From positions 2,133,817 through 2,197,816 of the forward strand of contig CAVNZM010000013.1 of NCBI GenBank assembly GCA_963693365.1: a stretch of 64,000 nucleotides of DNA, written 5' to 3'. Under the pieces are notes generated by a model, which saw only the letters and a program-made list of their open reading frames with translations, searched no databases and had not been told where the DNA came from. The first letter of the stretch is position 1; the number at the start of each line of letters is the position of its first letter. Source of the DNA: Amoebidium appalachense. Its lineage: Eukaryota > Protista > Ichthyosporea. This document shows, in pieces, positions 54,323 through 64,000 of this stretch. The position numbers and the translations under genes were made by a program.

Positions 54323-55176
54323 CAGGGGTAAACCTACGAATCTTGAGAGCCCTATAAATCGTGAGAAACTTATGATCCCATACTTGGTTATTTTCTTTTT
54401 TTGTGCGTTTTTTTCTCATTGGTTTTGTTTGAATATGGGCGGGGAAATGGGTGGGGCGGTTACTGGCACTCACGCCTGCAACGGCAAAAAAAAACCGCGC
54501 TTCTCCGATACCCAGAACGTGAAATGTGAGCTCTCATGAGCTGCGGGCCAAAACCCTTCGGACATGTTTTCTTTTCTACATAATAAGCGGGCACAAACCA
54601 CATTCTTTTCAACTAAATAAGTGTTTCTGAGTAGCTTGGGCCTTTGTTTGGGTGTAATTGTGTAGGGGTAGGTAGCTGGTGTGAGCATGTGATGCTCGGG
54701 GTAGCATTGGCCTTCATTACTGACCACAACACTAGCATAGTACAGCACTGTTGTACTGCGTGTCAGAAAATGGCAAAGGCTCCTAATAAAAACAGGCCTA
54801 TGCCTAAGCTTCGCAAAAAAGGGCCCACTCGCAGTGCACCTAGTGTAATAAAGCAGGGTTACAAGCACGGGCCCAAGTAAAATCCCATGTTCATGGAACA
54901 GGCAACTAGACAGCTAAAGAAGAGAACCTCAGTCAAGCAACGGGTTGCTGAAGTAGCTGCAACCACTGGCATTTCCGTTGCAACCCTATACAGACACAAA
55001 AAAGACCCTGAGTATGGAAACAAGAAACCGGGCCCTAAGCCCATTCTAACAGCAGATGAGGAGATTGGCCTTGCTAGTGGGCTGGTGTTCCTGGCTGGGA
55101 GGGGGTTGGGGATTTCTTGTGCTGAAGTTCTCAGGTCTGCACGGGACATTGCTGAGGGTAACGGCAAAAAAATTCA
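54323..55176 (+). mobile_element. 3'-truncated pogo/Fot1-like DNA transposon (HTH-psq plus CENP-B-type HTH start)
   Basis: ORF 54887: VAEVAATTGISVATLYRHKK...KPGPKPILTADEEIGLASGL...GRGLGISCAEVLRSARDIA. Candidate left end TA|CAGGGGTAAACC at 54323. Truncated by the YR-element B2 repeat at 55177. Confidence 0.7.
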
Positions 55177-55273
55177 ATTCTTATGCCAACGTCGTCTTTA
55201 CCAGCCCTAGCAAGGGGATACATGAGCCGGTGCCTGTGGATCAATCTCACAAGCAGGCACAGGTGTGCTCCAC
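55177..55273. repeat. B2 repeat (direct copy of 55868-55964)
   Basis: ATTCTTATGCCAACGTCGTCTTTACCAGCCC...CAGGTGTGCTCCAC is present twice. Confidence 0.92.
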
Positions 55274-55364
55274 AGGAGCAATGAAAAGAATGACAAATGT
55301 CATACAGAAACATGCTCAAAAAACGTAGCCTAGTGCCTAAATAGGCAAAGGGTGTGGTGGGTGG

Positions 55365-55870
55365 GCAAAAACTTAGCTAAAAAATTTGGCCTAAAGAGAC
55401 CTAAACGCGCTCAGTAGCGCCGCAACTGACCTCCCTGGGGCCGCGCGAGCTCATTATAGAGCGCGGCCCACATTTTTGCCTATGGAAATATGAAGAAATG
55501 ATTTAGAACCTATCAAATCCATGAAATCTACCAAAATGGAATTTTTGCTGCACATCAACCAATGAAAAATTTTCACAAGTGGCTAAAACCCCTAGATCAT
55601 AAAGACCAAATCGATTGCCGCCCATTTCGGACTAGATATAACTCAAACTCATCAATATATCCATATGGCATATCCCACAGAACATAAAAACAGCTACAGC
55701 TCCCTAAATAAAAATGCTAGCAGCCTGAAACTTTGCACACACATCAAACACACCATGGCCTACAGCATTATACTACCACGAAGTTTCCAGCACGCTCGCA
55801 ACACACAATTTCACTCCAACGGGGCTATCTAATTCTCCTGCAAAGAAAACACGTTTACAAACTTAATATT
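55365..55870. repeat. A2 repeat (~506 bp, near-identical direct copy of 63313-63818)
   Basis: GCAAAAACTTAGCTAAAAAA...ACGTTTACAAACTTAATATT at both positions. Confidence 0.93.
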
Positions 55871-55970
55871 CTTATGCCAACGTCGTCTTTACCAGCCCCA
55901 GCAAGGGGATACATGAGCCGGTGCCTGTGGATCAATCTCACAAGCAGGCACAGGTGTGCTCCACCACTCC

Positions 55971-56899
55971 CTACCTGGCACGGGAAGGAACGAACCATGC
56001 CGTGGGTGACTGACGCAGCGCTGCAGCCCGGGCAAGGAGCGACGCAGGCACTCGAATAGAAAGAACAAGAGACTGGCCGGCCTGCACATACCGGCGGAGG
56101 GAGGCATGCGATCTCCATCGACCACGCAGAGCAATCGTCTCTACTGAAACACCCCTGACATAGTCTCTCGAGGCACCACCATGGCGAAGACTGTGAAGAT
56201 GGAACCCATACTCGTTGAGGCCGAGGGAGTCATATGCCGCTTGGAACTTGGCACGCAGAACATCATACGAGAAAGGAAACAGCCGCGCAGAAGGGGGGCG
56301 CCACGGAACCAGAAAGACAAGATGGCCAACAGGGACGGATCGGTTATGGGGACAAACTGATTTGGACCGGTCTTGGTGTCGGCCAGGCGGATGCCGCCTG
56401 TACCGGGTGGCATGTCGTGGGGAACGGGGTCGTCGGGCAAAATAAGATCCGCACGGGTGAGCATAAGCAGCTCACTGACACGAAAATAACACTCAAATCC
56501 AAGCAAAACAGCAATACCAAACAAGGGGCCAATTTTGGAATACAAATGATGGCCAATGACGAGGACCAATGAAAACGGAAGCGGGGGCGTGGTCTTTGCT
56601 GGAACAAGCCGGTTCCAGCCCTGCAGGCTCCGTTGGGCGGCCTGCAGGTGTGGACCCAGGCGTGGCATGAAATGCTTGATGCCGGCAGCTGTGTTGACAC
56701 AGCGCTGACGCTGGCCACGCGATGGATCAATGGCATAACACTCCTCAAAATACTCCACCAGGAGGTCGTCCAGTTCGGCGGGGGACTTGGTGTCGGTACC
56801 AGGGGGCAACCAATCCAGGAACTCAACAACAGCATCCCGGTAGGCCTTGAGGGTTGGGGGCTTTATGGCCTGGTCAGCCAGAAAACCGCGAGGGACCAT
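55971..56899 (-). pseudogene. Tyrosine recombinase of the retroelement, one frameshift near 56290
   Basis: YFRVSEL (R), DTKTG (K), then in the shifted frame HSLRHGGAS (HxxR), LRGRW and SLRRY (Y). Stop at 55971. Overlaps the end of RNase H. Confidence 0.88.
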
Positions 56900-59430
56900 C
56901 TGCAGGATTGTGGGCTGACGGCAGCCACACACAATACAAACGAATGTCGAGGGCAAGCGTGTAGGCAGCCACCTGGCGGCATACACGGTTCAGGTGTCGG
57001 GATGCTGAACGACCCTTAGTAACAGCCCCAAGCAGCGCCGTCGAATCAAGGCCCCAAAGGTAGCGGGAGCCCCGGGCAGCCGTAGACCGACCTAATCGAC
57101 GAAGCCCCAGGAGCAAGGCTTCTCCCTCCAGAATGTTGATGTGGTCGGAGTGGCGCCAACGATGACTGATGTTGGTGGTCCACCGGCCACCAACAGCTGC
57201 CAGGATAGGTGCCGGGGGGGCGGACGGGCTTGGCTCGTGCACAGGACCAGACAGCTGGCTGTAGTGGCCACGCCGGTTGCAGTGAGGCAGCACTTTGCGG
57301 AGAAGCGTTGCTGGAAGCACCCGGGACACCACTGCACCACCCAACAAGGAAGCATCAGTGCAGAACATGGTGCTAGCAAACCCAGAACGCAAATCACAAC
57401 GCATCAAAGGGGCCAAAGCACACATCGCCTGAAGCTCCCACACCACGGGCGGGGGAAGGGGCTGTTCCCGACCCCCCAGCTGCTCCACAAAACTGTAGAC
57501 GGCACCCAGAACCGACAAAAGCGGCCGCTGCAGCAGTGCCGCCCACACCCAACCACCAAGCAACTGCTGCAAACGGAGCTGCGTGACGACACCACGACGC
57601 AACACGGCCTGGGTTTCCGCCACCAGACGGCACAAGGAAGCGCCAGACGGGCGCAATATCCCAGAGCGATGCATTTCCAGGCCTAGCAGCACCATAGAGG
57701 ACGAGGAACCAGCAGCCACATCCTTCTTGACATTGGAGGGAAGACCAGCCGGGCCGGTGACGCCATGATACGATTCACGCTGACGATTGATGGCGGTGGC
57801 ATCTGTGCCGACCCAGCCACAGTCGTCCACATACAGGGCATGCTGCGTGGCCTCCACAGGCCGCGGCACTATCGCACAGAGGCGCTCAATGCGGGGCATG
57901 CCGGCTCGGTCAGCCAACTGCCCATGGACGTCTTGAGCCACAAGCACAGAATGCACCCAGCCCATGGGCACGGTCTTAAGGGCCGGGTACACAAGCCGGT
58001 CGGGCCCAGAAATGCCAACAGCCTCCGAAGACACAGGCGGCAAGCCGAAGTACCGCCACAGCCACTCGGGGGCAAGAAGACGATGGAACTGGTTGTCCAT
58101 GTCCGACTTGCCAAAATAGAGGCAATCCTCAGGCCCCAGCAACAGATCGGCAAAATCGGCAGGGTTGGGCAGGTGCACCTGGAGGGCAGGATGATCACGG
58201 GCAATGGTTCGTTTTTAAACGGGTTTTCTTTGAGGAACGGCCGCAGCCACGACGACGAAGTGACATGTGGAATTCGAACTGCCAGCTACTTTGCATTCCG
58301 ATTGGTTAGTCTCTAGGTATGGCTTAGCCAATCACTTCTCTGTACGTAAATGTAAGTGCAATGATTGGTCCTGTTTAAGTGTAGCCATATTTGGTCTTTA
58401 CATTCCCCTGTAGCCAATCGGATGTTGTGAGCCATATCCTGCGTGTATATAAACCGCTAGCCCGCAGATTCGTAGGCCTCTCAGTCGCTGGCACTGCTCC
58501 TGAGCAGAATGTGTCCTTAGTCTAGCAAGTTGGCAGGGCCTCCTGAGGCCCGTAAACGGTTGTTTTCTCTAGTTAAGTATTTTGTTTTTCCCGCCCACCC
58601 TCCCTTGAGTGACTGTGGTGATGGCCTGCCATCTAAAATGTGTCTCCTTGGAGAGCACATGTGTTTGTGTGTGCAGCCTAGGCATCTACACACGACACTG
58701 CAAGTAATCTATCCCCTTGCTGGGGCGAGTAAAGAGTGACGGCACAAGAAAGAACAGGTTGCCACGGCGGCCGTCAAAAATGACGCGGGCTCTGGTGTCT
58801 TTGGGGACCCCAAACAGCCCATTGATGGCCAGTGGTTTTTCCTTCGCCTCGAAAAAGTGCACCATGCCGCAGTCTTGAAGCCGAAGAAGCAGGGGACCGT
58901 ATTCCCCACTGGGAACGTGATGCGCCGGTCGGATGCGGCGCAGCTCTGCAGGCGTCGGCGGAACAGGCTTGAGAAGGCCGCCGTCGCAGTTGGCCAAAAA
59001 CGGCTGCAGCGTAGGAGACAAAAACTGCAACACGTCCACTGTGGCTCCAACCCCAGGGGGTGGCAAAGCGGCATTTGCCGCCGTGAGAGGTAGCCATCCT
59101 GTCAATACAGGGTAGGCCGCGGGGAACGCAGCCAAGACACTACTCGCAGGCTGAGCGTTGTAGACACCCGCGCGTATAGCATTGTAGCTGGCCCTAAGGA
59201 CAAAGGTCCACAGGGCATGGTGGTAGTCAACCAACCGGGTCGGGAATGGGCAAGGGCCGCCTGCCCACAGCTCGTTGAGGGCACCAAGACAACGGTTAGC
59301 CAAGGTAACCCCCTTCAGGCGGTGAGACAGGCGTTGCCGACGGCGTTGACTCCGTAGACGGGCTTGTCCAGAACGGTCCGGCACAGGAATGGCCGGAACA
59401 GGAAACAAATCAGAGGCGGCAAAGACATGA
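56874..59430 (-). pseudogene. RT-RNase H ORF interrupted by a 553-bp insert
   Basis: FGVPKDTRARVIFDGRRGNLFF | VHLPNP...KSDMDNQFHRL...VPMGWVHS...LYVDD...FCTDAS...HINILEGEA...DST...WLPSAHNPADGPSR. Confidence 0.9.
58192..58744 (+). mobile_element. 553-bp non-coding insert (solo A-B unit of a related YR element, or solo LTR)
   Basis: TG...CA ends flanked by CAGGA/CAAGA. Removal restores the RT frame (GNLFFLALQVHLPNP). Contains several CCAAT/ATTGG boxes and TATATAAA (~58446). Its 3' end carries TATCCCCTTGCTGGGGC..GTAAAGA, as in the B repeat. Confidence 0.75.
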
Positions 59431-59548
59431 CGTGGCATAGCTGTGGAATCCTTAGAAAAATTAGGGGCCATATTTAATCAAGGGCACGTGGCAGGAAGCC
59501 ACAAGAAAATAATATACAGAACCGCGTTCCGAACCCCCAAAGGGCCGT

Positions 59549-60120
59549 TTAGGCCCTGTGCCCACCGGTCCCCGGAGGGGTCGATGGACCGGCTCCGGAT
59601 GGGCCACTGCCGGGACCGCGCCGAGCCCGGGTGACTTCGGCGAGGGTCTTGGCTTGACGAACAGCCCGGGTGGCCAAGGCAGGGCGCAGGGGCAGGCTGC
59701 GCGCAGGGAGCTCCTCAAACTGCTCTGCAACAGCCCAGTCCCCGTTGGACTGATCAGCAGTCTGCACAGCCAGCAGACGGCGCACACCAACTTCCACAGC
59801 AGGTGACTCCTTGCGGGCCTTAGGGTCGGCGGCCAGCAGCAGATCCAGCATACGGGCAAGCGTCAGAGCCTCCCGTTTGTTGCGGTAGCTGACCCAATCC
59901 GCCGCGTGGACAGCCGCAGTGACCGAGGCCTGGTCAGCAAGGGTGCTCTTGAGGTAGGAAGGGGCCAGACGTTCTTTGACGCGCAGGTTGACTTTGGCAC
60001 CGCTGGAGAGCAGATAACGGCTGGGGGTGGGTTTGGAACGGCCAGAGGAACGACGGCGGCGAGAGGAACGACCGTAGCCACTGCTGCTGGAATCAGAATC
60101 CTCACTCGACGATGGGGTGT
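59549..60120 (-). pseudogene. 3' part of gag-like ORF1 (5'-truncated at inversion breakpoint)
   Basis: SSSSGYGRSS...DWVSYRNKREALTLARMLDLL...VRRLLAVQTADQSNGDW is homologous to the ORF at 62227-63086. Confidence 0.75.
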
Positions 60121-61582
60121 CTGTTCGGAGGCTGTTGGCATTTCTGGGCCCGACCGGCTTGTGTACCCGGCCCTCAAGACCGTGCCCATGGGCTGGGTGC
60201 ATTCTGTGCTTGTGGCTCAAGACGTCCATGGGCAGTTGGCTGACGAATCCGGCATGCTCCGCATTGAGCGCCTCTGTCCCATAGTGCCGCGGCCTGTGGA
60301 GGCCACGCAGCATGCCCTGTCAGTGGACGACTGTGGCTGGGTTGGCACAGATGCCACCGCCATCAATCGTCAGCGTGAATCGTATCATGGCGTCACCGGC
60401 CCGGCTGGTCTTCCCTCCAATGTCAAGAAGGATGTGGCTGCTGGTTCGTCGTCGTCTATTGTGCTGCCAGGCCTGGAAGTGCATCGCTCTGGCATATTGC
60501 GCCCGTCTGGCGCTTCCTTGTGCCGTCTGGTGGCGGAAACCCAGGCCGTGTTGCGTCGTGGTGTCGTCACGCAGCTCCGTTTGCAGCAGTTGCTTGGTGG
60601 TTGGGTGTGGGCGGCACTGCTGCAGCGGCCGCTTTTGTCGGTTCTGAGTGCTGTCTACAGTTTTGTGGAGCAGCTAGGGGATTGGGAACAGCCCCTTCCC
60701 CCGCCCGTGGTGTGGGAGCTTCAGGCGATGTGTGCTTTGGCCCCTTTGATGCGTTGTGATTTGCGTTCTGGGTTTGCTAGCACCATGTTCGGGACTGATG
60801 CTTCCTTGTTGGGTGGTGCAGTGGTGTCCCGGGTGCTTCCAGCAACGCTTTTCCGCGAAGTGCTGCCTCACTGCAACCGGCGTGGCCACTACAGCCAGCT
60901 GTCTGGTCCTGTGCACAAGCCAAGCCCGTCCGCCCCCCCGGCACCTATCCTGGCAGCTGTTGGTGGCCGGTGGACCACCAACATCAGTCATCGTTGGCGC
61001 CACTCCGACCACATCAACATTCTGGAAGGAGAAGCCTTGCTCCTGGGGCTTCGTCGATTTGGTCGGTCTACGGCTGCCCGGGGCTCCCGCTACCTTTGGG
61101 CCCTTGATTCGACGGCGCTGCTTGGGGCTGTTGCTAAGGGTCGTTCAGCATCCCGACGAATTAACCGGGAATGCCGCCAGGTGGCTGCCTACACGCTTAC
61201 CCTCGACATTCGTTTGCATTGTGTGTGGCTGCCGTCAGCCCACAATCCTGCAGATGGTCCCTCGCGGTTTTCTGGCTGACCAGGCCATAAAGCCCCTAAC
61301 CCTCAAGGCCTACGTTAGCATAAGAATATTTAGTTTGTAAACGTGTTTTCTTTGCAGGAGAATTAGATAGCCCCGTTGGAGTGAAATTGTGTGTTGCGAG
61401 TGTGCTGTAAAATTCGTAGTAGTAGCATGGTGTAGGCCTTTGCCCACCCACCACACCCTTTGCCTATTTAGGCACTAGGCTACGTTTTTTGAGCATGTTT
61501 CTGTATGACATTTGTCATTCTTTTCATTGCTCCTGTGGAGCACACCTGTGCCTGCTTGTGAGATTGATCCACAGGCACCAGC
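60120..61582 (+). mobile_element. Inverted, internally deleted second copy (RT/RNase H with YVDD>SVDD, YR stub, shortened B1-A2-B2)
   Basis: 60120-61313 is the reverse complement of ~56840-58030. 61313-61440 is the B/A junction plus partial A. 61440-61582 is the spacer plus partial B2. Confidence 0.85.
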
Positions 61583-62226
61583 TCACGGCACTCAGAACCC
61601 AACCACTAAGCAACTGCTGCAAACGGAGCTGCGTGACGACACCACGACGCAACACGGCCAGGGTGTCCGCCACCAGACGGCACAAGGAAGCACCAGACGG
61701 GCAAAAAATTCCAGAGCAATGCATTTCAAGGCATATCAGCTCCATAGCGGACGACGAACCAGCAGCCACATCCTTCTTGACGTTGGAGGGAAGACCAGCC
61801 GGGCCGGTGACGCCATGATACGATTCAGGCTGACGAACGTGATGCGCCGGTCGGATGCGGCGCAGCTCTGCAGGCGTCGGCGGAACAGGCTTGAGAAGGC
61901 CGCCGTCGCAGTTGGCCAAAAACGGCTGCAGTTTAGGAGACAAAAACTGCAACATGTCCACTGTGGCTCCAACCCCAGGGGATGGCAAAGCAGACGACGT
62001 TGGCATAAGAAAGCAGCATTTGCCGCCGTGAGAGGTAGCCATCCTGTCAATACAGGGTAGGCCGCAGGGACCGCAGCCAAGACACTACTCGCAGGCTGAG
62101 CGTCGTAGACACCCGCGCGTATAGCATCGTAGCTGGCCCTAAGGACAAAGGTCCACAGGGCATGGTGGTGACTGTTCACCAGCCGGGTCGGGAATGGGCA
62201 AGGGCCTCCTGCCCACAGCTCGTTGT
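61583..62226 (-). pseudogene. Mosaic of deleted RT fragments from a more diverged third copy
   Basis: Segments homologous to ~57545-57785 and ~58915-59278 are joined, with substitutions and a ~20-bp B-end insertion at ~61991. Confidence 0.75.
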
Positions 62227-63086
62227 GACTGATCAGCAGTCTGCACAGCCAGCAGACGGCGCACACCAAACTGCACAGCAGGCAACCCCTTGCGGGCCTT
62301 AGGATCGGCAGCCACCAGCAGATCCAGCATACGGGCAAGCGTCAGAGCCTCCCGTTTGTTGCGGTAGCTGACCCAATCCGCCGCGTGGACAGCCGCAGTG
62401 ACCGAGGACTGATCAGCCAAGGTGCTCTTGAGATAGGAAGGGGCCAGACGTTCTGTGACGCGCAGGTTGACTTTGTCGCCGCTGGAGAGCAGATAACAGC
62501 TGGGGTTGGGTTTGGAACGGCCAGAGGAACGACGGCTGCGAGAGGAACGACCGTAGCCACTGCTGCTGGAAGAAGAATCCTCACTCGACAATGGGGTGTC
62601 TTCACTGCCCGTGTCAGACACATGGACAGGCTCCTTGCCCTTTGCCCGCGCAGACAGCGTGCTCAGCAGGCCGCCAGCAGAGGGCTTCTTGGGGCGACGA
62701 CCAGACTGGGCAACAGAGAGGGCTTGCACTTGGGCAGAAAGCGCCTGCAGCTGCTCTTGGATGTCTACACCGTCAGAACGTCGCTGGGGAGAGGGCGACC
62801 CAGGTGGGGGGGAGGCACGGCAGCTGCGAGGAGTGCGACAGAGCAAGTGCAGCTGGTCGGTGACTTTCCAACCGACCATCTCAGGGTCATCAAAAGCCAC
62901 CGAGCGCGCCTTGAGGGCTGAAACCACACTGTTGACGGTTTCTGCCGGCAGGCTGTTCCAGGGGAGGGCGTTGGACTGCAAAACGGCCAGACTTTTGAGA
63001 CTTGCGTCGTCCGCATCGGTAGAGATCTCCAAAAGCTTTTCGAGGAGAGCTGCCCCCTTGGCGACCAGAGCAGATGGAGGGGCCAT
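62227..63086 (-). CDS. gag-like ORF1 of the YR retrotransposon (3' end fused to RT by deletion)
   Basis: First ORF downstream of A1: MAPPSALVAKG..., coiled-coil IQEQLQALSAQVQALS, Ser-rich linker and conserved W...RNKREA.TLAR.LD block. Confidence 0.7.
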
Positions 63087-63312
63087 TGCAATGCTCACAA
63101 ACCCGACTAGAGCACGAAAACTTAAAAACGAAGACTGGAAAATGCAAAAACGTGGGAAAACCGACACCGCAAAAAACGTCCGAAAACCAGCGAAAACGCA
63201 ATGGCGCGCACGCAAAACTCTTACCAGATGCTGCCGAAGCTAAGCGCGCGCTCCTGGGCAAAAAAAACTAGAGAAAAAACGAACAAGAGCGCGAAAAATG
63301 GGGACTAGAGTT

Positions 63313-63818
63313 GCAAAAACTTAGCTAAAAAATTGGGCCTAAAGAGACCTAAACGCGCTCAGTAGCGTCGCAACTGACCTCCCTGGGGCCGCGCGAGCTC
63401 ATTATAGAGCGCGGCCCACATTTTTGCCTATGGAAATATGAAGAAATGATTTAGAACCTATCAAATCCATGAAATCTACCAAAATGGAATTTTTGCTGCA
63501 CATCAACCAATGAAAAATTTTCACAAGTGGCTAAAACCCCTAGATCATAAAGACCAAATCGATTGCCGCCCATTTCGGAGTAGATATAACTCAAACTCAT
63601 CAATATATCCATATGGCATATCCCACAGAACATAAAAACAGCTACAGCTCCCTAAATAAAAATGCTAGCAGCCTGAAACTTTGCACACACATCAAACACA
63701 CCATGGCCTACAGCATTATACTACCACGAAGTTTACAGCACACTCGCAACACACAATTTCACTCCAACGGGGCTATCTAATTCTCCTGCAAAGAAAACAC
63801 GTTTACAAACTTAATATT
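63313..63818. repeat. A1 repeat
   Basis: Direct copy of 55365-55870. Confidence 0.93.
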
Positions 63819-64000
63819 TGCCGCCGTGAGAGGTAGCCATCCTGTCAATACAGGGTAGGCCGCGGGGAACGCAGCCAAGACACTACTCGCAGGCTGAGCG
63901 TTGTAGACACCCGCGCGTATAGCATTGTAGCTGGCCCTAAGGACAAAGGTCCACAGGGCATGGTGGTAGTCAACCAACCGGGTCGGGAATGGGCAAGGGC
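63819..64000 (-). pseudogene. RT N-terminal fragment of a further copy (continues beyond window)
   Basis: Essentially identical to 59076-59257. Confidence 0.85.

Larger units (their letters stand above)
55177..63818 (-). mobile_element. Ngaro-like tyrosine-recombinase (DIRS-order) retrotransposon cluster with split direct repeats, internally rearranged
   Basis: Order on the minus strand: A1 (63818-63313), gag-like ORF1, RT/RNase H, YR, B1 (55964-55868), A2 (55870-55365), B2 (55273-55177). No methyltransferase domain seen after RNase H. Confidence 0.88.

Noticed and set aside
59906-61279. 457-aa ORF as an intact novel protein
   Set aside because: It is a chimera of antisense gag sequence and an N-terminally truncated RT with SVDD, produced by the inversion.
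55365-63818. Classical LTR retrotransposon (two 506-bp direct repeats)
   Set aside because: No integrase, protease, PBS or TSD is seen. A tyrosine recombinase and B repeats indicate a split-direct-repeat YR element.

Overview
Eukaryotic genomic DNA, most likely from an intron-rich unicellular protist. The introns are filled with (CA/GT)n, poly-G/C tracts and minisatellites, a style reminiscent of choanoflagellates; the taxon is inference only. Bases ~1-42 kb are gene-dense, with seven spliced genes: a divergent eIF4E-family protein (-), ZCCHC10-like (+), DHX37 helicase (-), SRR1 (+), a kinase with ~18 ankyrin repeats ending in a CaaX box (-), a CCCH-finger Puf4-type Pumilio protein (-) and RAB5IF/C20orf24 (+). 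Bases ~43-64 kb are a transposon-rich zone. It holds a ~183-bp tandem array, a split Plavaka-like transposase relic enclosing an antisense single-HKD PLD nuclease gene, a truncated pogo-type transposase, and a rearranged Ngaro-like tyrosine-recombinase retrotransposon cluster with A1-B1-A2-B2 split direct repeats. A short hairpin-containing terminal motif recurs in three otherwise dissimilar element sequences. Exon boundaries were read by eye and are approximate. Most short ORFs in the supplied track are microsatellite artefacts.
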